DNA of 64,000 bases from Malacoraja senta (lineage: Eukaryota): positions 1 through 64,000 of the forward strand of contig JAXLNO010000043.1 in the NCBI GenBank assembly GCA_038087875.1, read 5' to 3'. The notes under the pieces were generated by a model. That model saw nothing but the letters and a program-made list of their open reading frames with translations. It searched no databases and was not told the DNA's origin. The translations under genes and the position numbers were made by a program. The stretch's first letter is position 1, and each line of letters starts with the position of its first letter. This document shows positions 45,210 through 57,158 of the stretch, piece by piece.

Positions 45210-47961
45210 TCATTGGAGGGAGGAGCAATCCTCTTTCTCCATTACAATCCAGTCCGCTTGCTGGGCGGAGTTATCCATCAGTTGAATCATATTTTTAATA
45301 TTTACTGACCAATAATAATACATAAAATTAGGTAGTGCTAAACCCCCTAATACTTTAGGTTTATTCAGGTGAGTTTTTTGTATTCTATGTGATTTATAGT
45401 CCCATATAAAATTAGTGATATCTGAGTCGAGTTTTTTAAAAAACTTCTTTGGTAAGTATATAGGAATCGATTGAAATAGGTATAGAATTTGTGGTAGAAA
45501 GATCATTTTTATTGCATTTATTCGGCCTATTAAAGACATCGGGAGCGTTTTCCAGAATTTAATTAGTGTGTTTAATTTATTAAGTAGGGGATCAAAATTT
45601 GCCTTAGACATACCTTGATATGTTCTAGTAATTTCGATTCCCAAGTATTTAAATTTTTCTGTAGCTATTTTAAAAGGGAATTTTAAAAGATGTGTTGAAT
45701 CTTTCGGTTTTATTGACATAATTTCACTTTTATTCCAATTTATTCTATCCAGAAAAAGATCCAAAGTCTTCAACTAAATTTAATATATTTGGTATAGTGA
45801 TTTGAGGTTTTGTAATGTACAGTAATATATCATCCGCGTATAAAGATATTTTATTATATGAATCTTTAGTATTATATCCATGGATATCAGGGTGTATTCT
45901 AATTTTTTCAGCTAGCGGTTCAATAATGAGAGCAAACAGCTGTGGTGATAATGAGCATCCTTGTCTATTTCCCCTTGATAGTTGGAATTTCGAGGATAAT
46001 ATGTTATTAGTTAATATTCTAGCTGTATGTTTATTATATAATAATTTGATCCATGGAATAAAGTTCTCTCCCAGTTGGAATTTTTGTAATACTTTATCCA
46101 TATAATTCCATTCTACTTGGTCAAATGCTTTTTCAGCATCCAGCGAAATAATTGATAATTCTTGATCTTCAGATTTGTGTGAGTGCATTATGTTGAGTAA
46201 ACGTCTCATATTGTTAGATGAGTATCTCTTAGGGATGAACCCCGTCTGATCTGGGTTTATTAATTTACTAATGTATTTACTTAATCTTCTAGCTAATGTT
46301 TTCGCTAATATTTTTTGATCTGTGTTTAACAATGCTATAGCTCTATATGAACCCGGTTCTTCTAAATCTTTGTCTTTCTTAAGTATTAGTGTAATCGTTG
46401 ATTCCGCTAATGTATCAGGTAGTATTTGTTTTTTTAAAGCATATTGGTACATTTTTTGTAATCTTGGTATTATTTTATCATAAAAGCTTTTATAAAATTC
46501 ATTAGTAAATCCATCAGGACCTGGTGTTTTTCCATTCTTTAGTGAGTTTATTGTATCTTCTAATTCCTTAATTGAAATTTGTGCACCCAATTCCTCTTGT
46601 TCCTTCAGCTCTAACTTTGGAAGAGTACAATTATCCAAAAACGTTGTGATATTATTGGAATCAATTGTCGTTTTAGATGTATACAAATTCTCATAAAATT
46701 GCGCAAATCTTTTATTAATATCCTACGGTGTTGTTAATAATTCCCCTTTATCTGATTTAATCTTTAGGATAGTATGTTCCTTTTCTCGTTTTTTTAGCTG
46801 GCGAGCCAAAAGTTTATGCGGTTTATCCCAAAATTCAAAGTGCTCTTGTTTTGTCATTTGAAAAAGTCTTATAAATTTGGCAGATAATAATTTATTTAAT
46901 TTAAATTTCAAAATTATTATTTTATTATGTTTATCTATTGATGGATCTTTAGCATTATCTATATCCATTTGTCTAATAAGTTCTTTTAACTGTCTTTGTT
47001 CATTCTTATTCTTTTTATTTTGAAAAGCTTGATATGAAATTATAATACCCCTAATGTATGCTTTAAAAGATTCCCATAATACAGTGGACGATATATCTGG
47101 AGTATCATTTATTTGAAAAAAGGCATCCATTTGTTCTTTTAAATATATACTCGCTTGTGGATCTTTTAGAATTTGAGAATTAAATCTCCAAAACGATTTA
47201 TTCTTAAACATTCCTTCCAGTTTTAAAAAGAAAGTTAGTGGAGAATGGTCTGAAATCGAATTTGTATGGTATGTTGGGTTAAATGTTTGGGGGATTAATT
47301 TTGTATCCAGCAGGAAGTAATCTATACGTGAGTATGTCTTGTGTACCATTGAATAAAACGAGTATTCCCTGCCAGTTGGATTAACGATTCTCCAAACATC
47401 TGCTATATTAGTGTTGTTTATATAAGTATTGAGAAGTTCCCCGGTTTTCGATTTCATATTCCCTCTCTGTTTTTGACTTGATTTATCCAAGTACGGATCT
47501 AAAACACAATTAAAGTCTCCTCCTATTATAACATTTTGATAGTTAAACTCTGCAATTATGTTGAAAATTTTATTTAAAAAATGGGGGTTGTCAAAGTTAG
47601 GGGCATATATATTTACCAAGGTAAGTGGAGTATCATGAATATCTCCATTAACTATTAAGTATCTCCCTTCTATATCTGTTATGATATTCTTTGCTTTAAA
47701 TGGTATACCTTTTCTTATAATGATTGACGTACCTCTAGATTTCGAAGTGAATGAAGAATGGTATGTTTGACCTATCCATTTCGCCCTCAACCTAGCTTGA
47801 TCCTGAGATTTTAAATGTGTTTCTTGTAAGAAGATAATGTCAGAATTGTACAGTTTCAGCTGAGCTAGTATCTTACCCCTTTTAATAGGTTCGTTAATAC
47901 CTCTTATATTCCAACTACAAAATGAGATTCATCCTAGGTTCTTTTGTTTAGTATCATGCAT
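45210..47961 (-). pseudogene. L1 ORF2 (APE endonuclease plus RT): early stop, two frameshifts, C-terminus missing
   Basis: SWNIRG, FLQETH, NIYAPN, GGDFN, SRIDY, SDHSP, KTPGPDGF, YRAIALLNTD, SLDAEKAFD, RQGCSLSP, LYADD, KYLGI. Confidence 0.92.
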
Positions 47962-48821
47962 TTTGAATAATTATAGTACCTTTACATCTTGTGGTGCATC
48001 CTTACCCCAGGTCTTTGGGTATTGGGGGATCTTTTGAATTTCTAAGTTTTGTTGGTATATCCATGTTACGCTTATCACTAAACACAAAACACAAACATGT
48101 GAATTTATGTGGTAATAAAAAATAAAACTAAAAAAGTGAAAATACAGTGTCTAATATAGTCGGCACTGTAGCGAGTGTCCCACCTCTAGGTGGGAAAAAA
48201 CCTTGTTTCGACTTCCATTGTGATGTTAAACAAATAGCTCCGCTCTCTTGGTTGATCATAACATATTAAAATATTAAAACGGGGCCTCACATTCAGATAT
48301 ATAATACAATTTTACCCTATATATTTCATTATAACATATCATATATATATCGCAATTTTAGCTACTAATTATTAAACAGGTACTTTTGACTTCAATAAGA
48401 ATCAACTGTTGGTTGAAGGGGTTAACGAGACGTGCCCCTGGACCTAAGCCAGGTGCTCGTTTCTCATCCCCTCCTCCCACTTATAGATAAGGTTTCAATT
48501 TATTAAAAATTCATATTAGTATGTTAGTTCATTATTTTTTTATTTATATTTTTATTTTTATTTTTATTTTTGTTAGTATTCTAATCTAACATGAATAACT
48601 TGTTAAGTTATTAATAGGATAAATTCTTACAATTGGTTTTAATATTATAATCTAATAAACAAGTAAATGCTTCTGGTATATACCATTCCCGTCTGTTCAG
48701 CTGTTTACTCATTTTGAACAGAAAGTGTCCTTGATTCAACATTCCAAAGATAACAGTCTAGCTATACCCAGACAAAGCATTGCTTAGAATGGTTCAGTTC
48801 TGCCAAACCCCCATTTGATTT

Positions 48822-49906
48822 CTATTTTTCAACGATAGTTTGGGCATATTTGAACGCGTCTTCAGGCTCAACAAATGACTTTTCAGAACCCTTGAAGGAA
48901 ATACGCATTTTCGCTGGATAAAAAACTCCGTATCTGATCCCTTCTTTCCCTCTTAAAAGATCCTTAACCTTCTCGAATTTGTTTCTTTTTTGCACAATTT
49001 CATACGGGTAGGCCCTGAATATCTTGATAGTGTCATTGTCCAGCCGCAGTTGCACACCGTCTTTGAGTTTGCTCATAACATCTTCCAGTTCTAAAATATC
49101 CCGAAATTTCACAATAATATGTCGTGGATGAGTTTTTCCCGCACCAGATCTTTGTTTAAATCTTGGGACACGATGAGCCACTTCGATTTTCGGTTCTTTG
49201 GAAAGATTAAGCAGTTGTTTAAGCAAGCCCATGGCAAACTCACGCACATCCTCCCCCTCGGCTCCCTCTGAGACTCCAAGAATTCGCAAATTCTGTCGTC
49301 TAGAGCGAGCTTCCAGGTCCAGGCATTTTTCTGAGACTTTCCCCAGTTGAATCACCATCTGTAGTGAGTCTGTTCATTTTTTTGCTTCATTTGCTCATGT
49401 TCTTGCCTCATTTTCGCCATGTCTTCAACCACTCGAGCCGTGTTTTTCTCCAATTCCGTAATTGTGCGCATACTTGCAGCTACTGTTTCAAGCACAGCCG
49501 TGAACCTGTCCGTAGTAGTCTCATCCATCTTGTCCATTCTCTCCGATAGTCCATCTTCCACATCCTCAATTCGTTTATTCATAATGTCCAGTGAATCAAT
49601 CACCTTCTGATTGGCAGCATCCATAGCCTTCTGATCACCCGCATTTAAATCCTTCAACATCTTTTCCATTTTTTCCATCATATTTCCCATATTTTCCTTC
49701 ATATTTTCCATCATAATTTTATTTTCATCCGAAATCTCATCTTTCATATTTTTCACTGATTTCTTCAAGTCATCAAACTCTTTCTTAGCTCTTGTATCCA
49801 TTACTTCAGAGACTTCAGAGGTAACTTCTCCTTCAGGCTTCTTCTGGTCTCTCAGCAGCTTTGTCACAGATCTCTGAGGGCTCTCAGCTGGAGACAGTTT
49901 ACTCAT
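48822..49906 (-). pseudogene. L1 ORF1 (coiled coil, RRM, C-terminal domain) with one frameshift near 49355
   Basis: LEARSRRQNLRILGVSEG, IEVAHRV, PRHIIVKF, FYPAKMRI, preceded by a long Met/Lys/Glu-rich coiled coil. Confidence 0.9.
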
Positions 49907-49946
49907 TTAAAGGGCTTTAAACCACCGTTTAAAACATCGCGCTTAA

Positions 49947-50098
49947 TGATGACGTCATCAGCGCGGCGACCAGAAGCTCCGGTAAGGTTTTTAAATCCAA
50001 TCCCGATTTATGGACCCGTTTTACACAATAAATCGTGAAAATTTTCGGGAGAGGAGCTAGGTGCACGTCTGTTATTCCAACATGGCGCCACCGGAAGT
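49947..50098 (-). promoter_or_regulatory. L1 5'UTR internal promoter motifs (ETS, YY1, CRE)
   Basis: CCGGAAGT at 50091-50098, AACATGGCG at 50079-50087, palindrome TGATGACGTCATCA at 49947-49960. Confidence 0.55.
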
Positions 50099-51614
50099 CT
50101 ATTTGATCTAATTTGATTGATGTTTCAGCCAAAAGCAAGACAATGTGGTCAGGTTAACAGGCCTGCATCAAACCAAGCATCAGCCAATTTTAATGAGATT
50201 TTTTTCACTGTTGTTAATGAGATCAAGAAAGCTTCCAAAACAGACATATTTTGTCACTGAGCACATCAAACATGGCCACAGGATTATTTCCTCAATAATT
50301 GAGATTTTTTCTGTTCCCAAATTGTCAGCCATCACAATTTTGGGTGTCTACACTCTCTGACCTCAGAGAATTGAGAATTATCTCATTTTTTATTTTAGAG
50401 ATAATTCATTGAACCAATCCATTGGGTCCATCAAGTCCACACTGACCACTGATCAATGATCGTTGTTATCCCATTTTCCCATATGCTCCTTACATGTTTC
50501 GGGCAATTTACAGAGACGTATTGATCTTATTAAGACCATATTGTCTTACTTTTGACTGAAACATCAATCAAATTAGATCAAATAGAACAAGTTGTCCTCC
50601 AACTTTAGGCTGTGCATGCCATACGCAAGAAATGAAGAAGAAGGCTGAAACATCTCATGGTCAAGTTGGTTTACAAACCAACTCTCCCGAGCAGTCTCCT
50701 GCTGTGGGGCTGTAACTTGTGCTCTGCAGACAGCACAGTTTGTTTACAAAACTACCCTGTTCAATTCAAAACTGATTACTGCATGTAGCCTACATTTGAA
50801 TTACAGGTGAAGACTGGTTTTCAGTTGTACTAATGCTTGCTTACCACATAATAACTTAAAGAATAACTTTGTCGAACAACCTCTAAAATGTGTCATTGCA
50901 TTGAACTGGGACTGGAGTTGGGGCTGCAGAAAGGCAGGGAGCAGTAGGGGGAGGAGTGGGTTTCAAGCATTGAATGGTGGACCTCAGTCACCATGGCAAT
51001 GGGTTCATGTGAGAAACTGAAGCATTTAACTATTGCAAAAGTATGTGGCTTTTATTTCCCTTAAAAATATATTGGGTAATATTCCTGAAAGCATTATCTT
51101 TATTAATTTAAGTGTGTCCAACTGAGCTGCTCCGAGGCATGTTTTGGGGTCAGTGATATTCCAATGAGTTTGGATAGAATTTGGATAAAAGCAGTTTTGA
51201 AACACTTCTGATATTTGGCGTTGTTTTCTTTGAACTGTCGATTTCATACAAAGATGAAAAAATTGACCGCACAGTTTCTACCAATCCACATATCAGCTCA
51301 ATCATTATTTGCTCTTTGCTTCTAACATAACAGTGTACAGCCAAACTTTCATAGATTTTGCAACAGTTACTGTTCTTTCTCAGAAATCTATTGATGGCAA
51401 AGTCCCACTGAACAAACATCATTTGCAAAATATATTCCATATCACTCTGCCAGTTTTCCACACAAAGCCCTTGCTGACATTTAGTTCTCATACCTGGGAT
51501 GTGAGGTTGCTACAAAGCCAGTATTTATTGCCCATCCCTAATTGCCCCCTGAACGTAGTGGAGGGCGGGACCATCTCACAGGACAGTTAAAAGCGAACCA
51601 CATTGCTATAGGTC

Positions 51615-52165
51615 ATTTAAAACTGAGATGAGAAAAAACGTTTTCACCCAGAGAGTTGTGAATCTGTGAAATTCTCTGCCACTGAAGGCAGTGGAGGCCA
51701 ATTCACTGGACGTTTAAAATAGAGAGTTAGATTTAGCTCTTAGTGCTAACGGAATCAAGGGGTATGAGGAGAAAGCAGGAACGGGGTACTGATTCTGGAT
51801 GATCAGCCATGATCATATTGAATGGCAGTGCTGGCTCGAAGGGTCGAATGGCCTACTCCTGCACCTATGTTCTATGTTTCTATGAATGTGGGATTCAGGC
51901 AACGGAGACAGCAGCAGTGTGGAGCGGCCGGGAATTTTGGGATTCCCGTTAGGATTTCTGTCACAGAAGACAGTAGATGCCCTTTTACTGGATGAATTTC
52001 AAAGAGAGTTAGATCGAGCTCTAGGGGCTAGCGGAATCAAGGGATATGGGGAGAAGGCAGGCACAGGCTATTGATTGTGGATGATCAGCCATGATCACAA
52101 TGAATGGCGGTGCTGGCTCGAAGGGCCAAATGGCCTACTCCTGCACCTATTGTCTATGTTTCTCT
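51615..52165 (+). mobile_element. Two short CR1 3'-end fragments in tandem
   Basis: Each ends GATGATCAGCCATGATC..GGCTCGAAGGG..CCTACTCCTGCACCTAT plus tail (ends ~51884 and ~52165). Confidence 0.82.
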
Positions 52166-52289
52166 GTTTTTATGCCAGGTGAGATATGGGAACATGAGGT
52201 TAGTCACTAGACGGAGAGGAGAAACTTGGATAATTTTAAACTGAACAATTTCACTCTGTGGATTTTGACAAAAGTAAAGAAAAGGTTGA

Positions 52290-53897
52290 GATGGCATTAA
52301 TGGAGTTAATTGAAGACATTACCAGTTCTATAGATAACAAGAAATATGCAGTGGATGTATTTATAGATTTGAAAAAAAGCATTCGATACAATTGATCATC
52401 ATTTGCTAATCAAAAAACTGGAAAAGTATGGAATCAGAGGGGTTGTACTAGAGTGGACGAGAAGCTACATAAGTAAAATACATCAGTTTGTGCAAATAGG
52501 GGACTGCAAATCAACATGCTTAGAAATAACTTGTGGAGTACCACAGGGGTCGGTTTTGGGCACCAAATTATTTATTTTGTATATTAATAATGTATGTAGG
52601 GTGTCAAACCTCTTGAAATTTGTGTTATTTGCAGATGACACTAATATTTTCTGTGATGGGGACAATTTGCAGCAGCTTTTGGAGGTGGTCACAGCAGAAA
52701 TGAGTAAATTAAAAACATGGTTGATTTGAATAAATTATCATTAAATTTAGGCAAAACCAAACTTATGCTGTTTGGAAAACACAAAATAAATACACAAGTG
52801 AAAGTAATGATAAATAATGTTGCATTAGAAAGTGTGTATGAAAATAAATTTCTGGGTGTGATTCTTGATCACAACATCTGCTGGAAACCCCATATAAAAC
52901 ATGTGAGAGCAAAAGTAGCACGGAGTATTGGAGTGATGGGGAAAGCAAGGCATGTTTTGAATGAGAGAGCACTGTATATTCTGTACAGCTCACTTGTGTT
53001 ACCGTATTTAAATTACTGTGTGGAAGTATGGGGCAACACCTACAAAACCACCTTACAATCACTAAGCACACTACAAAAAAGAGCTATTCGTATAGTAAAC
53101 AATGTAGGATATCATGAACATACTAATATACTGTATTTAAAATTACACACCTTAAAGATTAAGGATCTGGTAGAATTTAAGACTGCACAAATAATTTATA
53201 AAGCAAAAAATAAACTGCTACCAGTAAACATACAAAAACTGTTCAAAGACAGAGAGGGGGGTTATAACTTTAGAGGGAAACTAAACTTGAAACAGCATTA
53301 TGCTCGGACCAATTTAAAAATTATGTGTATTTCCATTTGTGGGGTGGTTTTGTGGAATGGTCTTGACGAAACGATTAAACAAAGTATGAATATAATGCAA
53401 TTTAAAAAATGTACAAAAGATATATCTTTGAAAAGTACAGTAATTAGGAAGGAGAATGTAAATCTCACAGATGTTAATGGTGCTTGTTCTTTTTGTTCTT
53501 TTCTTTTTTTATTCTTTTTTTCTTAGTAGCTTGATTGGAGTAGTTTTATTTGAATTGTCTGTTTAGTTTATTTTATTGAATTTTGCATTTGTTAATGGTG
53601 AAGAATGGGGGTAGGACTTGACAAGCATAGGCTTCTTCCTATCCCTTTTCCAACGAGTCTAGTGTGTATTATGTTGAAATTGGCTTTTGATTTTTTAATT
53701 TATGTATGTACATATATGTTATGTATATGTGTATGTGTGTATATGTGTATATGTATGTATGTATATATGTACATGTATATGTATGTATGTGTGTATGTAT
53801 TTATGTATATATATATGTATATATATAATTTTCCTTTATTATTATTCATTTTCATCTTTTTTTTTTTTTTTTTAATCGTTTGTAATAAAAGATATCA
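52290..53897 (+). mobile_element. 5'-truncated CR1-group LINE of Crack/L2-related type, frameshifted; its (ATATC)n tail resumes at ~57158-57197
   Basis: [76 protein letters not shown] at 53884; (TA/TG)n in the 3'UTR. Confidence 0.8.
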
Positions 53898-56800
53898 TAG
53901 ATACATAGATACATAGAAATTAGGTGCAGGAGTAGGCCATTCGGCCCTTCGAGCCTGCACCGCCATTCAATACGATCATGGCTGATCATCCAACTCAGTA
54001 TCCCGTACCTGCCTTCTCTCCATACCCCCTGATCCCTTTAGCCACAAGGGCCACATCTAATTCCCTCTTAAATATAGCCAATGAACTGGCCTCAACTACC
54101 CTCTGTGGCAGAGAGTTCCAGAGATTCACCACTCTCTGTGTGAAAAAGTTTTTCCTCATCTCGGTCTTAAAGGATTTTCCCCTTATCCTTAAGCTGTGAC
54201 CCCTTGTCCTGGACTTCCCCAACATCGGGAACAATCTTCCTGCATCTAGCCTGTCCAACCCCATAAGAATCTTGTACGTTTCTATAAGATCCCCTCTCAA
54301 TCTCCTAAATTCTAGCGAGTATAAGCCAAGTCTATCCAGTCTTTCTTCATATGAAAGTCCTGACATCCCAGGAATCAGTCTGGTGAACCTTCTCTGCACT
54401 CCCTCTATGGCTATAATGTCCTTCCTCAGATTTGGAGACCAAAACTGTACGCAATACTCCAGGTGTGGTCTCACCAAGACCCTGTACAACTGCAGTAGAA
54501 CCTCACTGCTCCTATACTCAAATCCTCTTGCTATGAAGGCCAACATACCATTCGCTTTCTTCACTGCCTGCTGCACCTGCATGCCTACTTTCAATGACTG
54601 GTGTACCATGACACCCAGGTCTCGCTGCATCTCCCCATTTCCTAATCGGCCACCATTTAGATAATAGTCTGCCTTCCCGTTTTTGCTACCAAAGTGGATA
54701 ACCTCACATTTATCCACATTATACTGCATCTGCCAAACATTTGCCCACTCACCCAGCCTATCCAAGTCACCTTGCAGTCTCCTAGCATCCTCCTCACAGC
54801 TAACACTGCCCCCCAGCTTAGTGTCATCCGCAAACTTGGAGATGTTGCTTTCAATTCCCTCGTCCAGATCATTAATATAAATTGTAAATAGCTGGGGTCC
54901 CAGCACTGAGCCTTGTGGTACCCCACTAGTCACTGCCTGCCATTGTGAAAAGGACCCGTTTACTCCTACTCTTTGCTTCCTGTTTGCCAGCCAGTTCTCT
55001 ATCCACATCAATACTGAACCCCCAATACCGTGTGATTTAAGTTTGTATCCTAATCTCTTATGTGGTACCTTGTCGAAAGCCTTCTGAAAGTCCAGATACA
55101 ACACATCCACTGGTTCTCCCCTATCCACTCTACTAGTTACATCCTCAAAAAATTCTATAAGATTCGTCAGACACGATTTATATGCTGACTTTGTCCAATG
55201 ATTTCACCACTTTCCAAATGTGCTGCTATCCCATCTTTAATAACTGACTCTAGCAGTTTCCCCACTACCGATGTTAGACTAACTGGTCTGTAATTCCCCG
55301 TTTTCTCTCTCCCTCCCTTCTTAAAAAGTGGGGTTACGTTTGCTACCCTCCAATCCTCAGGAACTACTCCAGAATCTAAAGAGTTTTGAAAAATTATCAC
55401 TAATGCATCCACTATTTCTGGAGCTACTTCCTTAAGTACTCTGGGATGCAGCCTATCTGGCCCTGGTGATTTATCGGCCTTTAATCCATTCAATTTACCC
55501 AACACCACTTCCCGACTAACCTGGATTTCACTCAGTTCCTCCATCTCCTTTGACCCGCGGCCCCCTGCTATTTCCGGCAGATTATTTATGTCTTCCTTAG
55601 TGAAGACGGAACCAAAGTAGTTATTCAATTGGTCTGCCATATCCTTGTTCACCATGATCAATTCACCTGTTTCTGACTGCAAGGGACCTACATTTGATTT
55701 AACTAATCTCTTTCTCTTCACATATCTATAAAAACTTTTGCAGTCAGTTTTTATGTTCCCTGCCAGTTTCCTTTCATAATCTATTTTCCCTTTCCTAATT
55801 AAGCCCTTTGTCCTCCTCTGCTGGTCTCTGAATTTCTCCCAGTCCTCTGGTATGCTGCCTTTTCTGGCTAATTTGTACGCATCATCTTTTGCTTTGATAC
55901 TATCCCTGATTTCCCTTGTTATCCACGGATGCACTACCTTCCTTGATTTATTCTTTTGCCAAACTGGGATGAACAATTTTTGTAGTTCATCCATGCAGTC
56001 TTTAAATGCCTTCCATTGCATATCCACCGTCAACCCTTTTAGAACTAATTGCCAGTCAATCTTGGCCAATTCATGTCTCATACCCTCATAGTTACCTTTC
56101 TTTAAGTTCAGAACCGTTGTTTCTGAATTAACAATGTCACTCTCCATCCTAATGAAGAACTCAACCATATTATGATCACTCTTGCCCAAGGGGGCACGCA
56201 CAACGAGTCTGCTAACTAACCCTTCCTCATTACTCAATACCCAGTCTAGAATAGCCTGCTCTCTCGTTGGTTCCTCTACATGTTGGTTTAGATAACTATC
56301 CCTCATACATTCCAAGAAATCCTCTTCCTCAGCACCCCTGCCAATTTGATTCACCCAATCTATATGTAGATTGAAGTCACCCATTATAACTGTTTTGCCT
56401 TTGTTGCACGCATTTCTAATTTCCTGTTTGATGCCATCCCCAACTTCACTACTACTGCTAGGTGGCCTGTACACAACGCCCACCAGCGTTTTCTGCCCCT
56501 TAGTGTTTCGCAGCTCTACCCATACCGATTCCACATCCTCCAAGCTAATGTCCTTCCTTTCCACTGCGTTAATCTCCTCTCTAACCAGCAACGCCACCCC
56601 ACCTCCTTTTCCTTTCTCTCTATCCCTCCTGAATATTGAATATCCCTGGATGTTCAGCTCCCAGCCTTGGTCACCTTGGAGCCATGTCTCCGTGATCCCA
56701 ACTATATCATAATCATTAATTGCTATCTGCACGTTCAACTCATCCACCTTATTACGAATGCTCCTTGCATTGAGACACAAAGCCTTCAGACTTGTTTTTA

Positions 56801-57158
56801 CAACGCTCTTACCCCTTATACAATTATGTTGAAAAGTGGCTCTTTTTGATTTTTGTCCTGGATTTGTCTGCCTGCCACTTTTACCTTTCACCTTGCTACC
56901 TATTGCTTCCGCCCGCATTTTACACCCCTCTGTTTCTCTGCTCACCCATTTAAGAACCCCACCACCTCTTATTCTCTGTTTATTATTGTTTTCTTCTTTC
57001 CCCCCTACATGTTGGATCTGAGTGCTTTCCTTCTCTGCCTCCTGCCTCACACACTGTCTAATAGCATTCTCTATTTGAGTCCCTCCCCCCAACCATTCTA
57101 GTTTAAAGTCTCCCCAGTAGCCTTTGCAGATCTCCCCGCCAGGATATCGGTCCCCCTC
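53896..57158 (-). mobile_element. Young CR1 LINE with complete ORF2 broken only by a small deletion near 55180; 5'-truncated at the end of ORF1
   Basis: ORFs 55167-57092 (APE) and 53995-55128 (RT); colinear with 33150-36415. Confidence 0.95.

Larger units (their letters stand above)
45210..50099 (-). mobile_element. L1-clade LINE with intact 5' end, truncated at its 3' end
   Basis: 5' end GACTTCCGGTGGCGCCATG; L1-type ORF1; ~860-bp AT-rich spacer; APE-RT ORF2 ending abruptly after GGLALPNF.YYY. Confidence 0.93.

Noticed and set aside
50120..50140. U2 snRNA-like CTTTTGGCTGAAACATCAA (minus strand) beside the L1, suggesting U2-targeted insertion
   Set aside because: Only ~9 nt match and the rest of U2 is absent. 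The ORF1 is L1-type rather than the Tx1 type expected for U2-specific elements.
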